A DNA stretch of 64,000 nucleotides from Candidatus Poribacteria bacterium (GCA_028820845.1 JAPPII010000010.1:15537-79536); one strand, 5' to 3'; positions 46,824 to 57,162 are shown, counted from the stretch's first letter. Numbers and translations are program-made. Notes: a model not told the origin generated them from the letters alone.

Positions 46824-48350
46824 ATGCATACACTTTGGCTAATTATCCAACGAGAATTCGTCTCAAATGTGTTGACATCCCGATTTATGATTGGGTTTAT
46901 CGTGTGTCTGCTTTCAACTGCCGTTGCTGTTTTCGTCCAAGTGGACGATTACGAAAAACGTTTGGCGGGATATAACACCGCGATACGGGAGGCACAAGAG
47001 GAAACTCGGACATGGGAGCTCTATGTTGACATCAAGCCGAAAGCGCACCGAAAACCAAACCTGCTCGGAATATTTAACGTAGGGACAGAGAACTTCGGGG
47101 CAAATACGGTCACCGTTGAACTCTCAAAACCCATCTTTGAATTCATTACTTTCCCTATCTGGTTGCCCCCGACGCAAAAGCGGGGTTCAGACAACCCCTT
47201 CCTTGCCATGTTCCTGGCTGTTGATGTGGTTTTCATCTTCAAAATCGTTCTCAGTGCTTTGGCGATTCTGTTCGCTTACAACACAATTTCGGGTGAGAGA
47301 GAGGATGGCACGTTGAAACTTGTGTTATCCAATGCGGTACCGAGAGATGTAGTCGTGCTGGGGAAATACCTTGGTGGAATGTTATCGCTGTTTCCTATCA
47401 TCTTGGTGAGTTTACTCGTGGTCCTGTTAATATCTTTCGCTTCACCAGTTACCGCTTTTGATGGAAACGACATCGCACATATCATCTTAATATTTGGTGT
47501 TTCGTTGTTGTACGTGTCAACGTGGTATCTTTTAGGGTTTGTCCTATCCGTTTGGACGAAGGAAGCGGCGACAACGTTAATTCTTTCGATGTTTATTTGG
47601 GTGATTCTGACGAGCGTTCATTCAAATGTAGTGACGTTTGCAGTGGAGAAGTTCCCGCCACATCCATCTAAATCCGAACAGTCGGTCCTTCAGCCCGCCT
47701 TTGATGTCTGGGATCAGTTCAGAAAGGAACGGGATGCCTACGTTAAACAGCGGGGCTATGATGATTTGAAAGAGTCAATTACTTGGGAACCTGAGACATC
47801 TTCAACGGGAACGAGGTCTGGTTCTATGTCTGGGGGCTATTTCTTGACAGAGAGTTATAGCGTCAACAGTGTTAGTAAAGCGGATACCTCTATCTTCCAG
47901 GAGATTTTAGGCTATCAGGAACAACTTCGGGTTACATACGCGAACAAAGCGGAGGAAATTCTCAAAGAACCTGCGGAAATTCGAGAGCGAAATGTGAGAT
48001 TCGCAGACGCGCTCTCGCGTATTTCCTTCGCGGATGTTTATAATTTCGCTGTTGGTGCGATAGCGGGGACCGATCGGCAGCGTTATAACGATTTTATTGC
48101 CGACTCCAGAGCCTATAAACGCGAGATTGTTGAGTATTTGAAGGATAAGAAGGCGTTTTCGTCGCGAGCATGGTTTTCCACGGATAAGGGTGCTGCGGAA
48201 TTGACAGATTTACCGGTTTTCAAGCATCGGCGGCTTTCCCTTTCTGAAAGTTTTTCACAGGCATCAATGGATGTTTTGATATTGTTGGCGTGGAATATTG
48301 TTCTGTTCATGACGGCTTATGTATCCTTCCTACGGTATGATATGAGTTGA
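46824..48350 (+). CDS. ABC-2-type permease-like polytopic protein with long C-terminal soluble region (paralog 1 of 4)
   Basis: ISGEREDGTLKLVLSNAVPR motif. N-terminal helix, loop, TM bundle, ~200-aa soluble region, final TM. Confidence 0.75.
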   Translation: MHTLWLIIQREFVSNVLTSRFMIGFIVCLLSTAVAVFVQVDDYEKRLAGYNTAIREAQEETRTWELYVDIKPKAHRKPNLLGIFNVGTENFGANTVTVELSKPIFEFITFPIWLPPTQKRGSDNPFLAMFLAVDVVFIFKIVLSALAILFAYNTISGEREDGTLKLVLSNAVPRDVVVLGKYLGGMLSLFPIILVSLLVVLLISFASPVTAFDGNDIAHIILIFGVSLLYVSTWYLLGFVLSVWTKEAATTLILSMFIWVILTSVHSNVVTFAVEKFPPHPSKSEQSVLQPAFDVWDQFRKERDAYVKQRGYDDLKESITWEPETSSTGTRSGSMSGGYFLTESYSVNSVSKADTSIFQEILGYQEQLRVTYANKAEEILKEPAEIRERNVRFADALSRISFADVYNFAVGAIAGTDRQRYNDFIADSRAYKREIVEYLKDKKAFSSRAWFSTDKGAAELTDLPVFKHRRLSLSESFSQASMDVLILLAWNIVLFMTAYVSFLRYDMS

Positions 48351-48365
48351 AAGGAGGAGAGACGA

Positions 48366-49817
48366 ATGATTCTACACATTGCGACGAAAGAGATACATCA
48401 CAATCTCACGACCCTCCGATTTGCCTTGATGATTATTCTTTTGCCTCTCCTGTTTTTGGCGAACGCGTTGATATACAGTTTAGGCGGTTACGGCTATACC
48501 ACGCAGATTAATACCTATAATCGACAGGTGGAACAGAAGAGAAAGCATATTAAAAATCACGCGGATACGAGTTTGGCGGAGTTAGCACTCAGGGGCCCTG
48601 GAGAGATTCCGAAGTTTCCGAGCCCAATGACTTTCTGTGCGGATGGAACTGATGAGCTCGTCCCGCGTTTTGTCAAGATGACCGGCGAAGGATCGTCCAG
48701 CCGCAGCGGTCAGAATCAAACTGAGGATTACGGATGGACACCGCCGTGGACACTGGAGTATCCTTTGCAGAGTAAAGTCGGGGGCGCGATGCAGCGGATT
48801 AAGATTGACTGGGTCTTCATCGGGGGCCTCATGAGTTTCTTTGCGATTTTATTCACTTTTGATGCGATCGCTGGGGAGAGAGCCCGCGGCACGCTGAGCC
48901 TCATAATGTCTAATACTGTCTCGCGCAGCCAAGTGTTATTAGGTAAATACCTCGGAGCGTTTTTGACCCTTATGGTTCCACTTGTAATTGGTATCCTGAT
49001 GAACCTGTTGTTTATCCTTATTTCCCGGAATATTCCTTTTGCGTCGAGTGAGTGGTTGCGAGTTTTGGGGATGGTCGGGTTGTTTGCATTACACGTCTCT
49101 GTTTTCATCTTTCTCGGGTTGTTTTTCTCAAGTCGGGTTTCAAACGCAATCACAAGTTTAGTATGGCTCTTATTGACTTGGGTCTGCTTGGCGTTCGTAT
49201 TTCCGAGTCTGCTTGGGACTTTTGTTGGCAATCTAAATCCGATTCCCTCCGTTGACGAAGTGTCAATGCAGAAAGATGTGCAGTTAAAACAGTTGAGAGA
49301 TGAATACCGACCTTTTGGTGGGTCAGAATCTAAGTTAAGGAAGGCAGCAGCCATCGAGAATCCCGAAGCAACGCGACGCTGGGCGACCTACCTCACCAAA
49401 GAGATAGAGACGAAAACTCGATTTAATGATGGACAAATCGACCAGCAGTTTAAGCAGGTGCAGCTCGCCCGAGATATTACTCAAATCTCACCGATAACGA
49501 CCTTCCAGTATGCAATGGAAGGACTTGCGAATACCGGCATCGTCAGTTATATGAATTTCGTCAAACAGGCGCGCCGTTATCGACAGACGTTCATAGATTT
49601 CATCGAAACCGAAGATCAGAGCGATCCGGAGAGTCTACACATCTATCCTGTAAAAGAGGGGTTGTCGCAGAAGCCGGTGAATCCAGCGGCGGTGCCGGTG
49701 TTCACAGAGCATATCTCGTATCGGAGTGTGTTATCTCAGGTCGGTTTGTTGGTGTTGTTTAATCTGCTATTTTTTATTATGGCGCAGGTTTCTTTTTTGA
49801 TGAGTGAGGTAAAATAG
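48366..49817 (+). CDS. ABC-2-type permease-like polytopic protein (paralog 2 of 4)
   Basis: IAGERARGTLSLIMSNTVSR motif. Same topology as 46824-48350. Confidence 0.75.
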   Translation: MILHIATKEIHHNLTTLRFALMIILLPLLFLANALIYSLGGYGYTTQINTYNRQVEQKRKHIKNHADTSLAELALRGPGEIPKFPSPMTFCADGTDELVPRFVKMTGEGSSSRSGQNQTEDYGWTPPWTLEYPLQSKVGGAMQRIKIDWVFIGGLMSFFAILFTFDAIAGERARGTLSLIMSNTVSRSQVLLGKYLGAFLTLMVPLVIGILMNLLFILISRNIPFASSEWLRVLGMVGLFALHVSVFIFLGLFFSSRVSNAITSLVWLLLTWVCLAFVFPSLLGTFVGNLNPIPSVDEVSMQKDVQLKQLRDEYRPFGGSESKLRKAAAIENPEATRRWATYLTKEIETKTRFNDGQIDQQFKQVQLARDITQISPITTFQYAMEGLANTGIVSYMNFVKQARRYRQTFIDFIETEDQSDPESLHIYPVKEGLSQKPVNPAAVPVFTEHISYRSVLSQVGLLVLFNLLFFIMAQVSFLMSEVK

Positions 49818-49960
49818 CGGTCAGCGGTCAGGTCGCTATGCTTCAGCAGTCAGTAGTTCGTTTGTGGCGGGTGAAAACGTCCACAACTGATAGATGCTCT
49901 TACTGATTGCTGAGAGTGGCGGACGCAGCACGCAACGCCCTGATGACTGAACGCTAACTA
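49818..49960. repeat. Word-repeat element filling the convergent junction between the two permease/TolC operons
   Basis: gcggtcagcggtcagg...cagcagtcagtag on the left. Inverted ...gcacgcaacgccctgatgactgaacgctaacta on the right. Confidence 0.75.
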
Positions 49961-51340
49961 CTATTCAATCCACTCCATTGTTTCTCGGAGTTTTTCCTTT
50001 GCCCTTGCATGATCTCGGCGGGTTTGATAATAGACGCGTTGTGCCTCTGTAAATTGTGCTTGTGCTTGAAACGCATCGTTGTAGGTTAGACCTTGGTAAC
50101 CGGGGATTTCGACGGTGACTTCATCCAGCACGCGTTCAATCGTCCGTAACTGTTGCTCGAAAATTCTCACCCGCTTTTCTTCAATTTCCATCCGTTCTCT
50201 TGCATTTGCCACCTCACGGTAGTCCCGTCGCACCTCTACACGGATTAACTTTGTTTTTTCGACGTACTCGAGCTGCATTCGCTCAAGTTCTGCGACTTCT
50301 CGGGAGCGAAGGTTCTTCGTCTTATTTCCATCGTATAACGGGATGTTGAACTTAAAACCCAGTTCCCATCCATCTTGGGTGCGTGGATTTGTCTCAAAGA
50401 GACTCGCGCCATCTCGTTCACGGTCAAGTATCACCGGATCATAGATGGCTTTTGCGTCCCACGTCTGGTTACCTGCTTGTTGCTCCAGGAGCACACTGAG
50501 ATCCTTATAGCGTGCTTCAGCAGAGAGTTCAGGGAAGCGGTTCCAGATAGTCTCTCCGGCGAGACGTTCTTGACGCAACATATCGCCTTGTAAGTCGCGA
50601 AGGTCAAGACTATTGGTGATTGCGAGTTCAACGGCAGCTTCGAGCGTTACATCGTCGTCTGGAAGGGGGCGCGAAAGGACAACCTGTGCAAGTGGGTCAA
50701 GTCCAGTGAGACTGATGAGTTCAGCGGTATCCACGTCGAGTTGTCGTTGGAGTTCGTTGAGTGCGAGTTGCTGTTCTGAGAGTTCCAATTCTGTGTTGAG
50801 TTGCCTGAGAAATGGAATCCGCCTTTGGGTCTGTTCAATTTTTGTGCCTTCTAATTTCTTTTCGAGTTCCACCGCAATCGCACCCCGTTCTTTAATTTCT
50901 TCTTGCGTGAGAATAATATTATGCCAGAGATTCCGAACAGCGTAGACGATCTCCTTCTTGGCGCGTTCGTATTCAATTTCGGCTTTGCGAACCTCTTCCT
51001 GTGCGGCATCAAGACCTTGCGGGATTTCACCGAATTGCGCAAAGAGCATGCTCGCTTGTGCGCGAGTGAGATAGTCTCTGTCTTCGATGTCGCCATCTTT
51101 CTGTCTTTGATATTCGCCGGTGAGTCCGACCTGTGGGAGGTAAACAGCTTTAGAGACACGGAGGTTTGCCTTGGCGCGCTCGACAACTTTCTCTGCTTTT
51201 TTGACTGTTTCGTTGTTTTGTAAAGCGAGTGCTATTGCGCGTTCTGGCTGAAGTGAGACAAGGCGTTGTGCTGAGACGACACCCGCAATACTGAGAAACA
51301 GACACACTGCAAGTGCCGTCAACTTTTTGTTCATTCTCAA
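49961..51340 (-). CDS. TolC-family outer-membrane efflux protein
   Basis: Signal peptide. Two-fold repeat of long helical segments. AIALALQNNETVKKAEK...LPQVGLTGEY start is typical of OEP proteins. Confidence 0.8.
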   Translation of the reverse strand: MRMNKKLTALAVCLFLSIAGVVSAQRLVSLQPERAIALALQNNETVKKAEKVVERAKANLRVSKAVYLPQVGLTGEYQRQKDGDIEDRDYLTRAQASMLFAQFGEIPQGLDAAQEEVRKAEIEYERAKKEIVYAVRNLWHNIILTQEEIKERGAIAVELEKKLEGTKIEQTQRRIPFLRQLNTELELSEQQLALNELQRQLDVDTAELISLTGLDPLAQVVLSRPLPDDDVTLEAAVELAITNSLDLRDLQGDMLRQERLAGETIWNRFPELSAEARYKDLSVLLEQQAGNQTWDAKAIYDPVILDRERDGASLFETNPRTQDGWELGFKFNIPLYDGNKTKNLRSREVAELERMQLEYVEKTKLIRVEVRRDYREVANARERMEIEEKRVRIFEQQLRTIERVLDEVTVEIPGYQGLTYNDAFQAQAQFTEAQRVYYQTRRDHARAKEKLRETMEWIE

Positions 51341-51345
51341 GCTCC

Positions 51346-53709
51346 TTAACGGCGGCTGATGCGGATTGTGACAACCACAATCGCAATCATAAGGAGAATC
51401 AACGCACCGAAAAGGAGCGTCGTTACCGACATTTGCGTCTGTGATTCAACCTGTACTGTAATTGAACGGTCGCGTGCCTCAAACTTCCGGTTATCGACCG
51501 TGACTTCGGCGTTTAACTTCGCTTGATATTCGCCAACCCCGATATCCGCAGGTGGACTTAAGGTCAGTTGTATCTCCGTCTCCGCATTCCGTCCGAGTGA
51601 ACTGACAACTTCGGGGATAACCGTGTATTTCCAGTCCGTGTTGACATCAACGATCATACGGATATCGACGAGGTCGCGGGTACCGATATTCTTTAACGTC
51701 GCTGTCATGTTGACCTCTTCGCCTATTTTAATTGTCTGGAACGCATTCGGCACGAATACCTCAATCTCTGGAACACCTTTTGGAATCAGTTCAAACCGTT
51801 CAACCCCGCCTTGTATCCCCGCGATCCTATCGGCGGGTAAATCCAAGCGATTGTTGACCCCACCGAGTTCGTTTGCCTCTGCCTCGTCCAAAACAGCAAC
51901 ATAGAACTCAAGTGTACTGTCAAGATAGGAGGCATCCAGTTCTTCTGGCAGATAGACGATTAGGGACAAACTCCGTTTCGACTGTTCCTGCGTGAACTTC
52001 ACCTGTGACTGACGCGACTGCGTTTCTGGGTCTTGGAATTCAAAGGAGAGGCGGTTCAGCAGGTTAATGACGCGGAGTTGGAAAGTGTTTTCTGTTTCAG
52101 CCAACCGATCCAATGTCAAGTCATAAGTGACGCTGCTGCCGAGGTTCCCCTCCTGCGAAAATCGTAATGAACTGACGTTTACCACATCCAAGGCAGATTC
52201 TTTTTGTAGATAGATGAGGCGTGTGTCGGGTTCGGGGAGTTCGGGATACTTCAACTCCACCTTCAAGCTTTCGACATCTTTCTGAAGTTGAAACGTCAGT
52301 TCCACGGTTTCGTTGTAGCCGAGGACGGGTATCTTCGTTTCATAAGGTTTGACGATGTTTGTGTCATCGGTGACATCGAGCAAGGAGACGTAAATTCCTC
52401 GGATCTCGTTTGCCGCTGCAATCTCTTCAGGGGTTGCGTTGCTCGGCATCGCCTCGGTTGTGGAGGTGTTCTTGAGTTGAAGCGTCACCATCATTTGGTT
52501 GTCCACGCGAAACTTCTTCGCACTCAGGATAGAAATGTGGCGTGTATCTTCCTCAAGATGGATTTTTTTCGGGTACGGCTTGTCAAGGTATAGAATATGA
52601 ACCGTAACGCTATCAATATTCCGTCGGAGTTCAAAATCAAGAGTTGTCGCCTGTCCATCTTTCAGCGATGGGATCCGGTATTCGTAGGGGAAACCGATAA
52701 TCGCGTCAGTTTCGTCTCTGATGGAGACATAGACGTTGTTAATCTCTTGCGCTGTCGCGCCATTCGAGTAATCTGTGGGGTCAGTGGTGTCTGTTTCTTT
52801 TCTCTCTCCCTTTATGGCACCGTAGGTAAGTACAACCTCCAAGTGCCGTCGGTCGCCCTTCTTGTAGCGTCTCGCTGACACGACGGAGATGTAGGGGTCT
52901 TCCTGTTTTAAGTGGATATTCTTATTGTCAGTCTCACCCGAGTATATCAACTCGACAACGACATCTCGTACATCCTCTTTTATGAGTTCAAACTCTAACG
53001 TAACGGCTTCACCCTCTTTGAGCGTTTCGATGCGTTGTTCGTAAGGTTCAGCGATAATTGCCCCACTTGTGCCGTAACCTTCCTGCTCTTTAATCGACAC
53101 AAAGATGTCGTCAATCTGTGCACTAATAATAATTTCGCGTCCCAACACTTTGGAGCTCTCAACGAGTGTGACGGGGGATGAGCTATTCCGCAACGTGATT
53201 GAGAACAGTTCTCTTCCGTCGTCGGATTCATATAAGTTTGTGCTTTCGACAGTGATGTGCCACTCGTCCTTGAGCGAGTTAAGTTCGGTGTCTTGCAGCG
53301 TCAGTTTTGCTTGTTCGTATTCGGAGACGGCGGTTTCGTAATCTTCCTCCGCTTTATTCACTTGAGAGACAGTGACGATATTATTTGCCTCCATCATCAT
53401 CGCTTTAAGATTTTCAAGTTCAACCAACTTCTTTTTCATCAGTTGTTCCTTGAGTTCCATTTCCAAGCGTTTCGTCTCTATCTGGATTTGGCGGCTCTGT
53501 TCCTCTTTGGTTTTTGCTCTGTTCTCATCGGAAACCGGTTGGGTCTCTTCTGCAAACGCTATCGGTGTTTCTGTAGGCAGCAATATCCCTATCGTGCCGA
53601 TAAAAATAAACACGAGCATTGGAATTGAAAGATTGGAAGGTTGGAAGATTGGTGTCACCCATTCTTCCATCCATCCATCTGTCCGTCCAAGTATCTTCCA
53701 TCCATCCAT
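51346..53709 (-). CDS. Doubly membrane-anchored 787-aa protein: N-terminal TM, coiled coil, three ~116-aa internal repeats, NEW3/CARDB-like domain, C-terminal TM
   Basis: Hydrophobic segments MLVFIFIGTIGILL and LLFGALILLMIAIVVV. Heptad-rich aa 60-145. Repeats share the pattern VYVSI..(x)..PYE.RI..LK.G...TL.FEL...V..V.V...Y....K.IHL.E. C-terminal TLKNIGTRDL...GEYQAKL pattern. Confidence 0.7.
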   Translation of the reverse strand: MDGWKILGRTDGWMEEWVTPIFQPSNLSIPMLVFIFIGTIGILLPTETPIAFAEETQPVSDENRAKTKEEQSRQIQIETKRLEMELKEQLMKKKLVELENLKAMMMEANNIVTVSQVNKAEEDYETAVSEYEQAKLTLQDTELNSLKDEWHITVESTNLYESDDGRELFSITLRNSSSPVTLVESSKVLGREIIISAQIDDIFVSIKEQEGYGTSGAIIAEPYEQRIETLKEGEAVTLEFELIKEDVRDVVVELIYSGETDNKNIHLKQEDPYISVVSARRYKKGDRRHLEVVLTYGAIKGERKETDTTDPTDYSNGATAQEINNVYVSIRDETDAIIGFPYEYRIPSLKDGQATTLDFELRRNIDSVTVHILYLDKPYPKKIHLEEDTRHISILSAKKFRVDNQMMVTLQLKNTSTTEAMPSNATPEEIAAANEIRGIYVSLLDVTDDTNIVKPYETKIPVLGYNETVELTFQLQKDVESLKVELKYPELPEPDTRLIYLQKESALDVVNVSSLRFSQEGNLGSSVTYDLTLDRLAETENTFQLRVINLLNRLSFEFQDPETQSRQSQVKFTQEQSKRSLSLIVYLPEELDASYLDSTLEFYVAVLDEAEANELGGVNNRLDLPADRIAGIQGGVERFELIPKGVPEIEVFVPNAFQTIKIGEEVNMTATLKNIGTRDLVDIRMIVDVNTDWKYTVIPEVVSSLGRNAETEIQLTLSPPADIGVGEYQAKLNAEVTVDNRKFEARDRSITVQVESQTQMSVTTLLFGALILLMIAIVVVTIRISRR

Positions 53710-53729
53710 ATTTTTTCACCCTTCTCTCT

Positions 53730-54464
53730 CTACTCAGGCGCGTCTTCTTCAGATTCATATCCAGCGACATAGTGCAGGTACAACGCCTCAAGGTCCTCTT
53801 TTTGAATCTCGTCGCGCGTGAGTTCCCGCTCCAGGTTACCTTCCACAAGGATTCCTATCCTATCGGCGATCTCCTTCGCACGGAAAATATCGTGCGTGGA
53901 CATGAAGATGGCTTTCCCTTCCTCTTTGAGTTGGCGGAGTAGGTTCAAGAAATCGGCACCGCCCTTGGGATCCAAGCCGGAGGTCGGTTCATCGAGCAGG
54001 ACGGCTTGTGCGTTCTTCATAATCGCAATAGCAATCCCCAAGCGTTGACGCATCCCTTTAGAGAACGTCTTGACGCGCCGTGTAAACGCTTCCTCTGGTA
54101 AACCGACACGTCCGAGTGTTGCATCTAATTCCTCATTGGATACCTTCTTCCGTCCACCGAGTTTCGCAAAGAAAGACAGGTTTTGACGTGCCGTGAAGTT
54201 GCGATAGAGTTCGACGTTCTCGGAGACGTAGGCGAGATGCTTCTTGGCTTCCAGTGGAAACTTAGGTATCTCAATGTCCCCGACGAGTGCGGTGCCGCTT
54301 GTAGGTTCGATAAAGTTCAGGAGCATGGAGATGGTCGTACTTTTCCCTGCTCCGTTTGCGCCGAGAACGACATAGATTTCGCCATCATCCACTTTTAGAT
54401 TCAAGTTGTTAACGGCTAAAACGCTTTCATTATAGACTTTCGTGAGTTCGCGGGTTTCTAACAT
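53730..54464 (-). CDS. ABC transporter ATP-binding protein
   Basis: Walker A GANGAGKST, signature SKGMRQR, Walker B VLLDEPTSGLD. Confidence 0.92.
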   Translation of the reverse strand: MLETRELTKVYNESVLAVNNLNLKVDDGEIYVVLGANGAGKSTTISMLLNFIEPTSGTALVGDIEIPKFPLEAKKHLAYVSENVELYRNFTARQNLSFFAKLGGRKKVSNEELDATLGRVGLPEEAFTRRVKTFSKGMRQRLGIAIAIMKNAQAVLLDEPTSGLDPKGGADFLNLLRQLKEEGKAIFMSTHDIFRAKEIADRIGILVEGNLERELTRDEIQKEDLEALYLHYVAGYESEEDAPE

Positions 54465-54536
54465 TGGGTTTCTCCTACAGTTGGTTTTCTCTGTGTATAT
54501 GATACCAGAAATTTAAAGGGTTTTCAAGCGAGACCT

Positions 54537-55211
54537 TTATCGGTTTTTGCTGTTGCCAGTGCGAATGCTCTCAGTAATATTGGTAGAACTGAAGGGTCCT
54601 TTCTCGCTGTGATGGAACTGTTCTCTCGCGCCCAGAATCTCGATACGGTGATTTACCAACTTATCCATATAAGCAGCTTTGTAAGTTTCCCAATCCGTTG
54701 TCGGTGGAATATCCAAAATGCCTAACTGTTGCAGATTCGGGTTGTCTTCGAGAAGTGCCAACGTGTGCCGTTTTGATAGGTAGCGTGAGTAGTCGCCGAA
54801 ATTTTCTATGGTAACGCCTCCGTCCAGAAGGTGTTGGAGCCATTCTTCTCGCGGGTATCTTGCATCTATCTCGCGTTCTGTGAAGGTGCTAACATAATTT
54901 GCGGTTTCTATGCCAACGCCTTTACGATGGATATTCACCTCGGTCTTTGCATGTCCACGGTTGTAGTCTGCATTAAATGCTTGCATAAGTTCACGTGCGT
55001 TTTGGGGTCCAGTATACTTTTTGTGATTGGGGGGTGCTGACCAACTGAATTCTACATGTTCGCGTAACTGGATATTCGCTATTTCGCTTTCAGAAATGTA
55101 TTTCTGCGTGTGCGAATAGTCGGAGCAACTGCTGAGAAAAATGGCAAGTCCCAAAACTGTGAAAAGTGAAAGTCTGGATAGAACGTCTACGCTGCGAAAA
55201 GTGTTTTTCAT
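54537..55211 (-). CDS. Hypothetical lipoprotein
   Basis: Lipobox FLSSC after a hydrophobic leader. No recognised domain. Confidence 0.55.
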   Translation of the reverse strand: MKNTFRSVDVLSRLSLFTVLGLAIFLSSCSDYSHTQKYISESEIANIQLREHVEFSWSAPPNHKKYTGPQNARELMQAFNADYNRGHAKTEVNIHRKGVGIETANYVSTFTEREIDARYPREEWLQHLLDGGVTIENFGDYSRYLSKRHTLALLEDNPNLQQLGILDIPPTTDWETYKAAYMDKLVNHRIEILGAREQFHHSEKGPFSSTNITESIRTGNSKNR

Positions 55212-55321
55212 TTTTTGGTCTCCTTTGTTTGTGTAACCTGAAGGATGTTGTATCCCTTCATTCTATTTTTTCGTAGGGTTACCGAGAGATATACTGACTT
55301 ATGTTTATAGTGACGCGTTTT

Positions 55322-55349
55322 GAAGGCAAAAAGGTTGCATTATTTTTTT
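55322..55349 (-). promoter_or_regulatory. ECF-type promoter candidate TGCAAC-N18-CGTC upstream of the lipoprotein/ATPase/repeat-protein/TolC operon
   Basis: Minus strand reads aatgcaacctttttgccttcaaaacgcgtcact, near-identical to the element at 63538-63564. Confidence 0.55.
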
Positions 55350-55459
55350 CAGTATGTTACACACCTATTATTGGAAAGAGTTCCTAAAAGACACTATCTG
55401 GAGATAGGTGCATACTGATAACCTGGGATTGCAAGCTCTGCCGACAAAGGCGTTCTTTA

Positions 55460-57148
55460 CTATCGCTGACTTAACATCATGGTTACGAAGAAAAGGATAG
55501 GGGCGAGCCTTGCTATTGCATCAATCGGTTTTTCTTCGGGTGAGAGTGTCAGTTCCAGCGATGCCGCATCCGCTCCGACAGCGAGCGAAGCGAACAGAAC
55601 CCCTACTTTTTGTGTGAACGCAATTACCTCCGGTCTCCACCACGGAAGTCCCTCAGTTTCAACAAAAGGTAAAAGCTTTTCTATGTTGAGTTGGAACAAG
55701 CACGCTGGATTTGCCGGTAAATCTTCCAGTCTCCTTTTAAAGCTGGATGTCGGATTTCCAGTCAAAAGATTATCAACGATGGATTTATACTGTTTTTCAG
55801 ACAGTGCTATCACAAATAGTTCGTTGACACTTCCATAATAGAGGGTGCCGGATATAGCAGCAGTGTTAAAGGTCATGCCTTTATAGTCAAACTGTTGGGG
55901 GGATTCGGTACTGAGTTTTTCGAGGAGACCGTTGAAAAGAGCCCGCCATTTCAAGGGAGAAGCGGGATTAAAAATCAACCCTAAATCCGTCTCCGCAAAT
56001 TCAACTTTAAACCTTTCAATCTTTCCACCCGTCAATCCGGTGTTAAAATTAGGAGGTTTCTCTAAGAAGGAAATATCCGCGCTGATAACAAGTTCGCCTG
56101 TCACTGCCGCAAGCAGATCGGTCTGATCGGGTATCAGAAAACTCCTGAGGCTCTCATCGATGGAGGTTGTGTTCCTCTCGGAAGCAAAGAGCATCCGCCA
56201 AAAGGTCTGGGAACTTGATGGCGCGACCGTAAGGAAGAGCACCTCGTCCCCTGACAAGCCCTGAATGGCTTGCATTTTAGATGGCTCTTGGAACAGCGAG
56301 ATGAGTGTACCTTGTCCACCATTCTTCAATGTGCCGGACAGCTGTTGGCTGCCACCCGGTTTCAGCAGATCCCACCTGTAGACCAACGTCTGGAAAGCGT
56401 CTAATTGTTTACCAACAACAGGCGGTAGGAGTGCTTTCAGATAAGGACCTCCTGTTTCCACATCCACATACGCGAATACCTCGCTTTTCCCAAATTTATC
56501 CGCAACAGGACGATAGGCAGTGTTTTCAGTGATGGCACGTCCTTTAGTCTTGTAGGTGTCCACCATTTTCTCAAAGCTACCAGGGGTAATGCCCACCAGC
56601 AGAAGGGTTTCATCAACGCGCCCGTATGTGAGTTCCAGTGTGTTAAGTTGTGCAGTATGGTACGTGATGCCTTGATAGTCTCCTACCTCAGGTTGTACGG
56701 GGTTTCCTGCCATGCCGCTGAGGGTTGTCACGACTTGGGATAAGATTTGTTCGGCTGCTTGGCGTTGGTTCCCGCTGTTTTCAATAACGATTCCCACCAT
56801 CAACCCCGCTGCGCCAGGCGAAACTGTCACTGCGACTTGGCTTCCCAAAAAGGTTTCGATTAAACCTTGGATGTCCGCCCCTGTAAACATGGGCAGTGCC
56901 TGCATGAGTTGTTGAATATCTTGCCACTGTGAGGCAGCGGAGATGAAACCTGCAGCCGCCTTCCAGTTTTCGGAGCTCCCAATTGCCACACGACATTCTT
57001 GTAGGTTTTGGAGTTTGAGGTAGAGGAAGCTATCCGATGGAATGACGGTTTCTATCGTTTGGGCGTGCGTTGCTGATCCAAGCAGGACAGTGAAGATAGA
57101 GATGAGCCACAGATAGGATAAGGAACGTGTAGGGATTCTTTTTATCAT
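55460..57148 (-). CDS. Secreted protein, DUF3352-like
   Basis: Signal peptide ending THAQ. N-terminal IPSDSFLYLKLQNL pattern and ~560-aa size are reminiscent of DUF3352. Assignment is from memory only. Confidence 0.45.
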   Translation of the reverse strand: MIKRIPTRSLSYLWLISIFTVLLGSATHAQTIETVIPSDSFLYLKLQNLQECRVAIGSSENWKAAAGFISAASQWQDIQQLMQALPMFTGADIQGLIETFLGSQVAVTVSPGAAGLMVGIVIENSGNQRQAAEQILSQVVTTLSGMAGNPVQPEVGDYQGITYHTAQLNTLELTYGRVDETLLLVGITPGSFEKMVDTYKTKGRAITENTAYRPVADKFGKSEVFAYVDVETGGPYLKALLPPVVGKQLDAFQTLVYRWDLLKPGGSQQLSGTLKNGGQGTLISLFQEPSKMQAIQGLSGDEVLFLTVAPSSSQTFWRMLFASERNTTSIDESLRSFLIPDQTDLLAAVTGELVISADISFLEKPPNFNTGLTGGKIERFKVEFAETDLGLIFNPASPLKWRALFNGLLEKLSTESPQQFDYKGMTFNTAAISGTLYYGSVNELFVIALSEKQYKSIVDNLLTGNPTSSFKRRLEDLPANPACLFQLNIEKLLPFVETEGLPWWRPEVIAFTQKVGVLFASLAVGADAASLELTLSPEEKPIDAIARLAPILFFVTMMLSQR

Positions 57149-57162
57149 AGTTTTTTCCTTTT

